From Candidatus Poribacteria bacterium (GTDB taxonomy: Bacteria; Poribacteria; WGA-4E; WGA-3G), in assembly GCA_964291315.2 (NCBI GenBank), contig OZ219753.1:2528001-2592000 (forward strand): a DNA stretch of 64,000 bases, written 5' to 3'. Made by a program: the position numbers and the translations under genes. Shown piece by piece: positions 54,571 to 64,000 of the stretch; the first letter of the stretch is position 1, and every line of letters starts with the position of its first letter. The notes under the pieces were generated by a model. The model saw only the letters and a list, made by a program, of their open reading frames with translations. It searched no databases and had not been told where the DNA came from.

Positions 54571-55290
54571 TTAGGAAGGCAAAACAAATGCGTTTTTGAA
54601 CTTTCGGAACCATGAAATAAAAAGTGTCACAGCCTTTGGATCCTGACGTTTAGGCGAAAGCTGATAAATCCCTTCACCTCTGCCATCGTAAGATAGGGTA
54701 TAGAACCCTTGAGTCTGCCGTCCGATGGCGATGAATCCAACAGCCTTGCCAGTGTACTGCTCTGTTCCAACGTACTTGTAACCTATAGAAATAGCAATAA
54801 ATCCATAGGCATTGCTAGTGCTAATCGCTATAAATCCAACTGCAGCTGTACTTGCTATGGAGATCAAGCCACAGGAACCTATTCCACCTATCGCAATGAT
54901 ACCACAAGAGCTACCGCCACTTATCGCAATGATGCCACAGGAGCTACCGCCACTTATCGCAATGATACCACAGGAGAAGATCCCAATTGAAATAATTCCA
55001 GGTGCTACCACTCCCACCTCTGTTATATAACGCAAGCCCAATTCATCTAATAGTAGGAATTTGCCCGCCTCCCATACATGTAGAAAGCCGGTGATGTCAA
55101 CCTTTGTCATCTCTAAGTACAAGGCAATTCCATATACTGCAAAAGTTAGGGAAATCAAGATAACTGCGCCCGCAGAAATAGTATTGAATTTCCGAACGTA
55201 CCTATTAAAGGTCATTCGGAATATTTCCGGATCAAACGGATGGTCGTAGATTTGGTCAGTTTTGGCTTGTTTTTCTAAGGTTTTTGACAT
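54571..55290 (-). CDS. Hypothetical membrane protein with Gly/Ile/Ala repeats
   Basis: ggagg RBS; N-terminal TM; repeated GxIAIxG units. Confidence 0.7.
   Translation of the reverse strand: MSKTLEKQAKTDQIYDHPFDPEIFRMTFNRYVRKFNTISAGAVILISLTFAVYGIALYLEMTKVDITGFLHVWEAGKFLLLDELGLRYITEVGVVAPGIISIGIFSCGIIAISGGSSCGIIAISGGSSCGIIAIGGIGSCGLISIASTAAVGFIAISTSNAYGFIAISIGYKYVGTEQYTGKAVGFIAIGRQTQGFYTLSYDGRGEGIYQLSPKRQDPKAVTLFISWFRKFKNAFVLPS
54884..54976 (-). repeat. 33-bp coding tandem repeat (~2.8 copies, SSCGIIAISGG)
   Basis: tatcgcaatgat at 54889, 54922 and 54955. Confidence 0.85.
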
Positions 55291-55338
55291 TTATCTTTCC
55301 TCCACTAAACGCCGCAAGGGTGGGATTGTGCTCCACTT

Positions 55339-57234
55339 TTAATCAGCGGAGACAGTTTCTAATGGTGGAAGTTCTGGATAATTCCCACGGGCGTTTCGCC
55401 AAGCGATGACCCCTTCAGCGATCATCCATATCTGCAATGCCTCTACAGCAACACCAAATCCGAAAAGTAGATATTGGCCGGTGAAGAGCCAGCCTGTTTC
55501 TGGATTGAGCATCTGATGGAGCATCGCCCACGCGGGCATAATCAACATGACAATCATTGGGAGGAATGCAAACCAGATAGGCTTGTTACGCCGCAGGAGA
55601 TAAAAAACAATTACCATGAAGGCTAAGCCTGCTAAGAGTTGATTCGTTGCCCCGAAAAGGGGCCAAAGCGTCAAATCACCGCTCCCGGGCCCGCTCGGTC
55701 CCTGTAATAAGGCAACAACTGCAGCGAGCACTAGCGCGAACGCCGTCGCGGTGTAACGATTCGTCAACGGTTTGAAGTTAAGGGTGTGCGCCAATTCATG
55801 AATGACGTACCGCTGGAGTCGTGTAGCTGTATCGAGCGTTGTTGCAGCGAAACTTGCGACTAGTACCGCCATGATTGAAATGCTCATTTTGAGCGGAATA
55901 CCCAACGATGCAAGAAAATTTCCACCTCCATCAACAAACGCACTCACCTTTGCCTTGAGGCCATGGTTTGCCCAACCGCCAACGGTCTGTGTTGTGCCGT
56001 CGGCATTTGTCACCATTTTACTCTTGGCATAGCGAGTTTTCCACGCCTCTTGATTGGTAAGAGGGGCTGTGTTTTCTGCGTTGACAATGGGTTCAAAGGT
56101 GTAACTTGCCCCCGTGCCAGTGCGATTGAAAATGCCCATACCGATGCCGGCACAGCAAGCGAGGATAACAATAACAGCGAGACCTCCTTCAAGGAGCATC
56201 GCCCCGTAGCCTACATATTGGGCATCACTTTCAGACGCAACCTGTTTGCTAGTGGTGCCGGAACTCACCATGCAGTGGAAACCACTGACGGCACCACAGG
56301 CGATTGTAATAAAAAGGAAGGGCCAAATCGGTGGTGCGTCGGGTGGAATGTCGGAAGCGACAGCGGGTGCTGAAGCTGCCAAGTCCGCTCTGCCCGTGAG
56401 TCCCGCGACAGCGAGTCCAAGCATAAGTAAAAGGAGCGCCAATACCAATTCGTGGCTATTAATGAAATCTCTCGGTTGCAAGAGGGTCCAGACAGGCAGT
56501 ACTGAAGCGATAAAACAGTAGATAAAAAGCACCAGTGTCCAGATCACTACGACGTTCAGATAAGTTTGCTCGAGTAGCGGGATACCGAACCATTCGCCTA
56601 AATCAATAGGGAAGATATAGGCACCGACTGCCATCGCAATGTACATGATACCGAGGGCAATAAGAGAGGGCACGAGGATATTACCGCCTCTGCGATAAAT
56701 CCAGAGGCCGATGGCCACGGCGAGGGGAATTTCGACCCAAACAGATAGAACAGATTCGGGGTAGTAGGAGAAAATTAGGGCGATAACTAGACCGAAGATA
56801 GCGAGGACAAGGGTAAGCCCCATAAAGAGTACAAAAAGGAAGAGAAATTTCGCGCGGGGCCCAATCATTCTACCTGCAACTTCACCCACGCTCTGTCCTC
56901 GGTTGCGCAGGGAGACAACGAGCGCACCGAAGTCATGAACGGCCCCAATAAACACTGAGCCGAGAATAACCCATAGTAGTGCCGGCAGCCATCCCCAAAA
57001 GACTGCGATCGCGGGGCCTACGATCGGCCCTGTGCCAGCAATGCTAGTAAAATGATGGCCAAAAATGACCTCTTTTTTCGTAGGGACATAGTCAACATCA
57101 TCTTGTAATTGTTGACTCGGCACTGTTGCTTGTGCATCCAAGCCAAAAATTTTTCTCGCCAACCATTTGCCGTATGTATGATAGGCGGCGATGAAGCCCA
57201 CGAAACTCAAGATCGCAATAATCAGTGTATTCAT
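55339..57234 (-). CDS. cstA: Carbon starvation protein A family transporter
   Basis: DYVPT..IFGHHFTSIAGTGPIVGP, LPVWTLLQPRD, FITIACGAVSGFH, TTLDTATRL.R, WPLFGATNQL. Confidence 0.95.
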   Translation of the reverse strand: MNTLIIAILSFVGFIAAYHTYGKWLARKIFGLDAQATVPSQQLQDDVDYVPTKKEVIFGHHFTSIAGTGPIVGPAIAVFWGWLPALLWVILGSVFIGAVHDFGALVVSLRNRGQSVGEVAGRMIGPRAKFLFLFVLFMGLTLVLAIFGLVIALIFSYYPESVLSVWVEIPLAVAIGLWIYRRGGNILVPSLIALGIMYIAMAVGAYIFPIDLGEWFGIPLLEQTYLNVVVIWTLVLFIYCFIASVLPVWTLLQPRDFINSHELVLALLLLMLGLAVAGLTGRADLAASAPAVASDIPPDAPPIWPFLFITIACGAVSGFHCMVSSGTTSKQVASESDAQYVGYGAMLLEGGLAVIVILACCAGIGMGIFNRTGTGASYTFEPIVNAENTAPLTNQEAWKTRYAKSKMVTNADGTTQTVGGWANHGLKAKVSAFVDGGGNFLASLGIPLKMSISIMAVLVASFAATTLDTATRLQRYVIHELAHTLNFKPLTNRYTATAFALVLAAVVALLQGPSGPGSGDLTLWPLFGATNQLLAGLAFMVIVFYLLRRNKPIWFAFLPMIVMLIMPAWAMLHQMLNPETGWLFTGQYLLFGFGVAVEALQIWMIAEGVIAWRNARGNYPELPPLETVSAD

Positions 57235-57282
57235 AAACCGAGCTCCAACTTTTTCAAGGTCGTGCCCGCGAACTGATTCTGT

Positions 57283-58452
57283 TTATCGAACACCGGTTAA
57301 GATTTCAAATGTCAGTTGATCCAATTTTTCGTATCCGAGCCCCTTCTGGGCGAGGGTATCTGGTTCAAAGTCTATTTTTCTCAGTTTGCCCACGTTTTCA
57401 GCGTTGTAGTGTGCCATAAGTGTTTCGAGTTCGGCATCTCGTGCATGCAATTCGGAGAGAATCCCTTGAATTTCAGCGTCTTCATTGAATCGAGTCGCCT
57501 TCTCTTTGAGTATCAGATAACTCCGCATACATCCTACGGCGAAGTCCCAGACCCCTTTTTCATCTTCAGTTCGGTAGGCGTGGGCGTCAAAGTGTCGGTT
57601 ACCGTTCCAGTTGACATCTTCCAAGAACTTGACAAGGAAGAACGCGCCTTTGATGTTTTCGGAGCCGAACCTCAGGTCTTGATCGAAGCGACTCATCTTT
57701 TGATCGTTCAGATCGATATGAAACAGTTTTCCGGCTTCGTATGCTTGAGCAACGCCGTGGACGAAGCTTAACCCTGCCATCGTTTCATGCGCGAATTCAG
57801 GGTTAACGCCGACTATTTCGGGGTGTTCGAGCGTTTCAATGAAGTGAAGCATGTGTCCGGTTGTCGGTAGGTAGATGTCGCCGCGCGGTTCATTCGGCTT
57901 CGCTTCAAGTGCAAAGCGGAGGTCGTAGCCTTGGTCTTTAACGTAGTGTGTGAAGTAGTTGATCGCTTCACGGTTCCACTTGACAGTATCTGGCCCGTTT
58001 TTAGCAGCCTCCACTTCTGATCCTTCACGCCCGCCCCAGAACACATAAACTGTTGCACCGAGTTCTACGCCGAGGTCAATAGCGTTCAACGTTTTCTGGA
58101 TCGCAAAGGCTCTTACTTTTGGATCGTTAGCGGTAAACGCACCATCTTTAAAGATTGGATGATAAAAGAGGTTTGTTGTTGCCATCGGCACTTTCATGCC
58201 GTGGTCCCGGAGCGCTTGTTTGAATTCACTAACGATTTTATCGCGCTCGACAGCTGTGGCATCAAAGGGGACCAGGTCGTTATCGTGCAGATTGACACCA
58301 TACGCGCCAAACTCGCTTAATTTTTCGACAGTGTAGGTAGGTTCCAAGGGGGGCCTGACAACATCACCGAATGGATCGCGTCCCGGGTTACCGACAGTCC
58401 ACAATCCAAAGGTGAACTTATGCTCAGGCTTAGGCTGATACTGTTCTGACAT
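57283..58452 (-). CDS. xylA: Xylose isomerase (class I, short type)
   Basis: [52 protein letters not shown]. Confidence 0.96.
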   Translation of the reverse strand: MSEQYQPKPEHKFTFGLWTVGNPGRDPFGDVVRPPLEPTYTVEKLSEFGAYGVNLHDNDLVPFDATAVERDKIVSEFKQALRDHGMKVPMATTNLFYHPIFKDGAFTANDPKVRAFAIQKTLNAIDLGVELGATVYVFWGGREGSEVEAAKNGPDTVKWNREAINYFTHYVKDQGYDLRFALEAKPNEPRGDIYLPTTGHMLHFIETLEHPEIVGVNPEFAHETMAGLSFVHGVAQAYEAGKLFHIDLNDQKMSRFDQDLRFGSENIKGAFFLVKFLEDVNWNGNRHFDAHAYRTEDEKGVWDFAVGCMRSYLILKEKATRFNEDAEIQGILSELHARDAELETLMAHYNAENVGKLRKIDFEPDTLAQKGLGYEKLDQLTFEILTGVR

Positions 58453-58486
58453 ACATTCACTCCTATTGTTTGTTATTTTGGGCGAA

Positions 58487-58537
58487 GTTCGTAAACGAAC
58501 ATGTAGAATTATACCACACTCCTCGAATTTGTTGCAA
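58487..58537 (-). promoter_or_regulatory. xylA promoter (TTGCAA-N18-TATAAT) with downstream palindrome GTTCGT-N2-ACGAAC (candidate operator)
   Basis: Hexamers at 58532-58537 and 58508-58513; palindrome at 58487-58500. Confidence 0.55.
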
Positions 58538-58704
58538 ATTTTTATCGGAGTACCTCATGTTCTACCTTTCTATTGGATTCAGTAGCGGAGTCGAAGGGCG
58601 GAGAGGTTTATAAAGGTTGGCCCTCATGCTCAGAAACCAATCTCAGGTTTATAATTTGTGGTCGCGAGTTTAACACAGTCACCAGGACTTGTATGTATAA
58701 CGCA

Positions 58705-60033
58705 TTACGCATCGAGATGTGTCCCAATTTGTTTCAGGACCTCTTCATAGTCTGCTTCCAGCTCAAGCGGCGCGTTCAAGTAACGGGGCGGCGGCTCGTC
58801 AGGCGCGACCTTGTGATATGCTACTTTGAAATCCGGGAATTTGAGACCGTTGGCAGTAGAAATTACGATCACTTTGTCGTTTTGTTGTATCTGTCTACGC
58901 TCAACCATTTTTATCAAAACAGCCAAGGCTACGCCGGTATGTGGGCAATTGAATAAGCCTGTTCTGTCTGCTCTCGCTGCGGCATCCGCTAATTCTGCTT
59001 CTGTTGCTTGGTCAACGATGCCATCAAATCGTTTCAAAATTCGGGTTGCACGATGGATTGATACCGGATTTCCAATCTGAATGGCTGTGGCTTGTGTAGC
59101 TTGTGCGGTGATGGCCTGGAACTCCGTGAACCCCGTTTGGTAGCTTCGATAGAGTGGATTTGCGCGTTCAGCTTGTGCACAAGCGATGCGGGGGAGCTTG
59201 TCAATGATACCGAGTTCCAACATCATTAGGAAGCCTAAGCCAAGTGCGGAGACGTTGCCGAGGTTGCCCCCCGGAATAATGATCCAATCCGGGACCTCCC
59301 AATTGAACTGCTGCACAATTTCAATACTGACTGTTTTTTGGCCTTCAATGCGGATAGAGTTAATGGAGTTCGCGAGGTAGAAATCTTTTCGAGCAGCCAG
59401 CTTTTGAACGATCGCCATGCAGCCGTCGAAATCCGTCTCGAGTGAGAGCGTCAATGCCCCGTTAGCAATCGGCTGAATTAGTTGTTCGCGTGTAACCTTC
59501 GCTTTTGGCAAGAGGATAATTGCGGGGATGCCGGCTGCGGACGCGTAGGCCGCCAGAGAGGCGGATGTATCACCGGTGGAGGCGCACATAACGGCGCGGA
59601 TACTTGCAGATTCAGCGATTATTTGTTTGACCATTGAGACGAGGACCGTCATACCAAGATCTTTAAAAGAGCCTGTGTGACTGTTACCACACTGCTTAAT
59701 CCAGAGGTCGTTTAAGCCGAGGTGTTCGCCGAAACGTTCTGCCCAGAACAGATTGGTTCCGCCCTCATACATAGAAATGACGTTAGCGTTGTCAACATTC
59801 GGGCAGACTAGTTCCTTTTTCCCCCAGACACCGCTGCCATACGGGTACTGCGTCCGCATATAGCGATTTTCAAAGAGTGATTTCCAATCCGCAGCATGCC
59901 GTTCTTTAAGCACTTCTACGTCGTGCTGCACCTCTAACAAGCCGTCGCAGTTTCGGCATCGATAGATAATTTCTGTGAGCAGGTAGGTTTCACCGCAGCC
60001 TTCACTGCACTGAAACCAAGCGTTATAATCCAT
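58705..60033 (-). CDS. thrC: Threonine synthase
   Basis: EGGT, HTGSFKDLGM, CASTGDTSAS, NSINSIRIEGQKT, PGGNLGN, TA.GLKF. Confidence 0.95.
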   Translation of the reverse strand: MDYNAWFQCSEGCGETYLLTEIIYRCRNCDGLLEVQHDVEVLKERHAADWKSLFENRYMRTQYPYGSGVWGKKELVCPNVDNANVISMYEGGTNLFWAERFGEHLGLNDLWIKQCGNSHTGSFKDLGMTVLVSMVKQIIAESASIRAVMCASTGDTSASLAAYASAAGIPAIILLPKAKVTREQLIQPIANGALTLSLETDFDGCMAIVQKLAARKDFYLANSINSIRIEGQKTVSIEIVQQFNWEVPDWIIIPGGNLGNVSALGLGFLMMLELGIIDKLPRIACAQAERANPLYRSYQTGFTEFQAITAQATQATAIQIGNPVSIHRATRILKRFDGIVDQATEAELADAAARADRTGLFNCPHTGVALAVLIKMVERRQIQQNDKVIVISTANGLKFPDFKVAYHKVAPDEPPPRYLNAPLELEADYEEVLKQIGTHLDA

Positions 60034-60671
60034 CACTCTGTGCTTTCCTCCGGGCCGGTTGGCAGCAGTTCTTGAGGCGGTTCGTTGCCGTTTGACGCGC
60101 TAAGGAGCTCCTCAATCTCATCTAATGAAGGTAGTTCAGAGGCATCCTTCAATCCGAATTGTTTAAGAAACTCATCGGTTGTTGAGAAGAGAAGAGAACG
60201 TCCTGCTTTTCTACCGGCGATCGAAACAAGGCGTTTCTCAACCAACGAATTGAGTACGCTATCGCTATTTACGCCTCGAATCGCTGCTACATCTGCTCGA
60301 GTGACGGGCTGTTTGTAAGCAACTATAGCGAGCGTCTCTAACGCAGATGGTGATAGGGTGACGCGAACCTGCTGGGTATAGAACTTCTGAATCCACGCAG
60401 AATAGTGCGGAGACGTGCAAATTTGATACCCGTTCGCAATTTCAAAAAGACGAAAACTTCGGTCCATCTCTTGGTAGTCCTTACAGAGTTCAGTAAGTCC
60501 CTTTCGGATAACCCGTGCGTCTAATCCGTGTAACACCGTTTGAAACTGTTTTACTGAAATCGGTTCACTTGCAGCGAACAGAATCGCTTCCAAAACTGAC
60601 TTGAGGGTTTTGCCTGACAACGAAGCCGGGTCATCTATTGGGTCTACAACGGTAACATATTCAGAATCCAT
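60033..60671 (-). CDS. scpB: SMC-Scp complex subunit ScpB
   Basis: LEAILFAASEP, LS.SALETLAIVAYKQPVTRA...IRGV, TTDEFL..FGL...LP. Confidence 0.96.
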   Translation of the reverse strand: MDSEYVTVVDPIDDPASLSGKTLKSVLEAILFAASEPISVKQFQTVLHGLDARVIRKGLTELCKDYQEMDRSFRLFEIANGYQICTSPHYSAWIQKFYTQQVRVTLSPSALETLAIVAYKQPVTRADVAAIRGVNSDSVLNSLVEKRLVSIAGRKAGRSLLFSTTDEFLKQFGLKDASELPSLDEIEELLSASNGNEPPQELLPTGPEESTE

Positions 60672-60681
60672 AAGCTAATTC

Positions 60682-61563
60682 CTAATAACCTTGTTCTTTT
60701 GAACGAGGTGTTTCTACGGGCGGAGGCGGCGCAATTTGTCGATTGAGCCCTTCCTGCTCCTGTTTAACGATATAGATACTCTCAAAATGGTCGGTCTGAA
60801 CGGTAACAACCTTCTTGATCCGGATAAGTTCTAAGATAGCAAGGAAGGTAACGATCCGATCTACCTTACTTGAGGATAATAAAAATAGATCCTCAAAGAG
60901 CAGCTCGTTCGCGTTTGTCAACTGTTGGTCTATAAAGGCGATTTTGTCTTCAACGGTGATTGTTTCTTCTTCAACCGTTTCGTACATTTCCTCGATATCT
61001 ATCTCTGCAGCGCGGTCATTGATATTTTTGAAAGCGGAGAGTAGATCGAAGAGGGTCGCTTTGATTTCAAATTCGCGTGTTCCATCTAAATCTGCATGCA
61101 ATTTGGGGCTTCTGCTGTAAAGTAAAGTACTGCGTTCAGCATAAATATCCAGTGCATGAGCTGCCTCTTTGAACCTTTTATATTCTAAAAGTTGATGGAC
61201 AAGCTCTGTCTGATCGCCAAGTGTATATTCAGCATCTGCTGTCAGTTTCGGAAGGATACTCTGCGATTTAATATGGAGAAGGGTTGCCGCCATCACCAAA
61301 AATTCGGAGGCAACGTCCAAGTCCAACTGCTCCATTAAGTTGATGTACTCCAGATACCGATCCGTGATCTGTGATATCTGAATGTCATAAATATTCATCT
61401 CTTCTTTTTCGATGAGATGGAGTAGGAGGTCCAAAGGCCCCTCAAATCCGTCTAACTTGACAGAATATATTGAGCGGATGGATATAAGATCGGGATCTTG
61501 GCTTTCTGGCGTTTGAGTTGTTTTGGTTAACATATGTACTACTTCATCTGGAATGTAAGTCAA
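60682..61563 (-). CDS. scpA: Segregation/condensation protein A
   Basis: FEGPLDLLLHLI, EFLVMAATLL.IKS..LP, LLEYKRFK, TFLAILEL; start uncertain. Confidence 0.95.
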   Translation of the reverse strand: MTYIPDEVVHMLTKTTQTPESQDPDLISIRSIYSVKLDGFEGPLDLLLHLIEKEEMNIYDIQISQITDRYLEYINLMEQLDLDVASEFLVMAATLLHIKSQSILPKLTADAEYTLGDQTELVHQLLEYKRFKEAAHALDIYAERSTLLYSRSPKLHADLDGTREFEIKATLFDLLSAFKNINDRAAEIDIEEMYETVEEETITVEDKIAFIDQQLTNANELLFEDLFLLSSSKVDRIVTFLAILELIRIKKVVTVQTDHFESIYIVKQEQEGLNRQIAPPPPVETPRSKEQGY

Positions 61564-61619
61564 GGGGGCTATATAATTGAAATGAGCAAGCTGGAACTTC
61601 GGTTAAAAAAGTCTGCTGC

Positions 61620-62300
61620 TCATCGTAAACCGACAATTGTTGCGATCAAATTGAATATCGCGTAACTGATGTCACTCAAGAACCCGAATATGTTCAGCAT
61701 GGGCAGGAAATATGGTAGAAAGATAAGAGACATCAGAATTGGCATACCGTACGGCATCAATTTTTCAAATTGACGTGCAGCGCCTGCTGGAAGCAAGCCC
61801 CGGACAACACTGAATCCGTCCAACGGAAAAAGTGGAAGCATATTAAACGCTGCGAGGAATACACTGATAAGCGCCGTACGAATGACTTGCCTGTGTATCT
61901 CTGCGTGAAGTAGAGAGCCGCGTGGACTAAAATCCGTGAATTCCACGACTATCCTTAGCCCCCCCAAAATCACGAAAGTGAGAAGGATGTTCATGAAAGG
62001 CCCTGCGGCTGCAATTATCATCAGATCCTGTCTCGGGTTCTTTAGGTTGTACGGGTTGACCGGCACCGGTTTAGCCCAACCAAAGAAAGCGCCTCCAAAA
62101 AGTGTTCCGAGGAGCGGGAGTATTACCGTGCCGATAATGTCAATGTGAACCCCCGGATTTAGTGACATTCGTCCCTGATGGCGCGCCGTCGGATCCCCTA
62201 ACATATCCGCTGATTTGGCGTGTCCCCATTCGTGAAAGGTCAACAGAATAATAAACTGTGTAACCGTAAGGATCGCAGCGAAAGGATCAAGATTTGACAT
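61620..62300 (-). CDS. Site-2 protease (peptidase M50)
   Basis: HEWGH, GDPTA..GR.SLNP, FGWAKPVP, AGP, FNMLPLFPLDG. Confidence 0.93.
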   Translation of the reverse strand: MSNLDPFAAILTVTQFIILLTFHEWGHAKSADMLGDPTARHQGRMSLNPGVHIDIIGTVILPLLGTLFGGAFFGWAKPVPVNPYNLKNPRQDLMIIAAAGPFMNILLTFVILGGLRIVVEFTDFSPRGSLLHAEIHRQVIRTALISVFLAAFNMLPLFPLDGFSVVRGLLPAGAARQFEKLMPYGMPILMSLIFLPYFLPMLNIFGFLSDISYAIFNLIATIVGLR

Positions 62301-63750
62301 TGTCTATTTTCCGTAAGTGAGAATACGCCTCTTCTTTTTTTCTGATTTTTCCATCTAACTGTGCGGCAAATAGTTCCCATAGTTGAGTTTCAAATGCGCT
62401 GCCTGGTTTCTCCCCCAATTGAATCAGTTCTTTCCCTGTCACAAAGGGTTGAGCCTTGCGCAGTACGCAAAGGTAGGTTTTTATTTTTTCGCGTTTCCAT
62501 TCTGGAGCTGCTGTATCTACAACTGCCAAGATTAATGCCTCAACTGGGTAGGGTTTTAGCAATTGGTATATCTCGCTTGCGGTCACTGTCGGTTGTAATG
62601 GAGTGAATGCTTGCTCTAACTCCTTATAAGCAGTGAGTGGTGTTTCTACCCGGTAGAGGTTTCCTTCTCCACATATGTACGTTGCGTCCTTGTCTGTTGA
62701 GGCATCTACATCAACGATACACCATTTCCCATTTCTGTATTCAATTAAAGCGTGCTGCGACAATGGGAATCCAAGCTTCTCAAATGCCTCGTGTGTCACC
62801 TTCTCGAGCGAAAGGTGGCGTTGTGCTGCTTGTCTTCGACTTACCAATCTCCGAAGTTGATGCCTCAGTACAAGTCTGAAACTGAGTGCCTCAATGTGAC
62901 ATACCGGCGTATGTGTACTAAAAAGTGTCATCCAGTAGACGAGTTCCGGCTCAACCTTCTCATCTATCAGGTGCTCCAATGCCCAAGCGATAGCCCGCTG
63001 TGCGGTTTGGAAATCCGACGCAAAACTCGGTGAAATCTGCCATCCGGCAAAAATAGCGTCGTATACGCCAAATTCTGTGAGTTGTTGTACAATTCGCGGG
63101 ACATGCTCCTCCAAAAATATTGTATTGATTTCGTTCCGAATCCGTTGACCGCTAAGCCGCGCCAAGTGAGGGAGTGCTTCTCGAATCAAGTTCACATCTG
63201 TCTCAGCAATACGAAAGTTATAACGTCCAGCATACCGGCAGGCGCGGAAGATCCGCGTTGGGTCGTCCATGAAACTGTGCGCGTGTAGCGCCCGGATGAT
63301 ACCTTTCTCAAGATCTTCGCGGCCACCTGTTGTATCAACAATTGTGCCGAAAGCACCCGTATCTAAGTGTAATGCTAACGCGTTGATCGAGAAGTCCCTT
63401 CGCTGCAAGTCGTCCGTGATGTTCCCACGTGTTACGATAGGTAACGCTCCGGCGCTTTCATACGTTTCACGACGGGCCGTAACGAAGTCTATTTTGAGCA
63501 GTTTAAGGTTAGTAGATGTGACAGTTGCAGTGCCAAATCGTGGATGGACCTGCAGTGTTCCGTTCCAGCGATCCCGCAGCACTTTTGCGATGTCTATAGC
63601 ATCGCCTTCTACGACGATATCGAGGTCGAGACTCGGTCGTTTGAGCAGCATATCTCGGACAGATCCACCGACGAGATAAGTGCCCTTTCCGCCGACATCG
63701 CCGATTTCCTGTAACAGGTTTAGGATCGGTTCAGGAATGTTGGGTGTCAT
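62287..63750 (-). CDS. CCA tRNA nucleotidyltransferase / poly(A) polymerase family protein
   Basis: YLVGGSVRD, DLDIVVEG, FGTA, ARRE.Y, DLQRRDFSINA, SFMDDPTRIFRA. Confidence 0.9.
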   Translation of the reverse strand: MTPNIPEPILNLLQEIGDVGGKGTYLVGGSVRDMLLKRPSLDLDIVVEGDAIDIAKVLRDRWNGTLQVHPRFGTATVTSTNLKLLKIDFVTARRETYESAGALPIVTRGNITDDLQRRDFSINALALHLDTGAFGTIVDTTGGREDLEKGIIRALHAHSFMDDPTRIFRACRYAGRYNFRIAETDVNLIREALPHLARLSGQRIRNEINTIFLEEHVPRIVQQLTEFGVYDAIFAGWQISPSFASDFQTAQRAIAWALEHLIDEKVEPELVYWMTLFSTHTPVCHIEALSFRLVLRHQLRRLVSRRQAAQRHLSLEKVTHEAFEKLGFPLSQHALIEYRNGKWCIVDVDASTDKDATYICGEGNLYRVETPLTAYKELEQAFTPLQPTVTASEIYQLLKPYPVEALILAVVDTAAPEWKREKIKTYLCVLRKAQPFVTGKELIQLGEKPGSAFETQLWELFAAQLDGKIRKKEEAYSHLRKIDNVKS

Positions 63751-63815
63751 TTTTTTTACAGTCGGGCAGAATCACGACGACCGTGTCTGCAGGTCGGTTT
63801 TATCTTTGAACAAAC

Positions 63816-64000
63816 TCATACAAACGCGAAGACGCGTGTCGGTGCCCCTGAACTTCTTGCCAATTTTAGCGGGGCAATTACTACATAGAAATGCGTAGGC
63901 AACTGGCTCAAATTACGGAGATTTTCAACATGCGGAATACCAGTCCCCAGAAAGACGAGGTGTGCTGGCGGTAAACCGTCGTGCAACGGTGGATGTCCGG
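63816..64000 (-). CDS. C-terminal part of a cyclase / kynurenine-formamidase family protein (runs off the window)
   Basis: Manual translation ...AHLVFLGTGIPHVENLRNLSQLPTHFYVVIAPLKLARSSGAPTRVFAFV-stop. Confidence 0.8.
   Translation of the reverse strand, partial: GHPPLHDGLPPAHLVFLGTGIPHVENLRNLSQLPTHFYVVIAPLKLARSSGAPTRVFAFV

Noticed and set aside
1430-63898. Numerous short antisense or alternate-frame ORFs in the track
   Set aside because: They overlap well-supported genes and show no recognisable motifs or RBS.

Overview
Bacterial chromosomal window of roughly 48-50% GC (estimated by eye). It is probably from a Candidatus Poribacteria-like organism (inference from the C-terminal AVExxxKLTTTWGxLK tails, three CRTAC1/ASPIC-UnbV proteins, and PhyH and FGE-sulfatase-domain proteins). 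Housekeeping genes (rph, rdgB, efp, accBC, pncB, cysC, lexA, class A PBP, uvrB, xylA, thrC, scpAB, CCA enzyme) are interleaved with accessory genes: a type IIG/ISP-like R-M enzyme, an ATP-grasp ligase, a double FGE-domain protein and an orphan type III Mod-like methyltransferase. Main observations: (1) A rhodanese-MoeB gene has an in-frame TGA exactly at the conserved Cys, followed by a small hairpin, so it is a probable selenoprotein. (2) The Mod-like gene is split by a C8 tract, and removing one C restores the full protein, so it may be phase-variable. (3) Four co-oriented IS982-type left-end remnants are present; three lie 56-79 bp upstream of an outward-pointing accessory gene, suggesting IS ends recycled as promoters or landing pads. 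(4) The conserved blocks of the R-M genes show a polarised C/A-to-G/T compositional flip that resets at the variable specificity domains. (5) Heptamer-based palindromic repeats occur between genes and apparently in-frame inside some proteins. No rRNA, tRNA or CRISPR array was recognised. All alignments and counts were done by eye.
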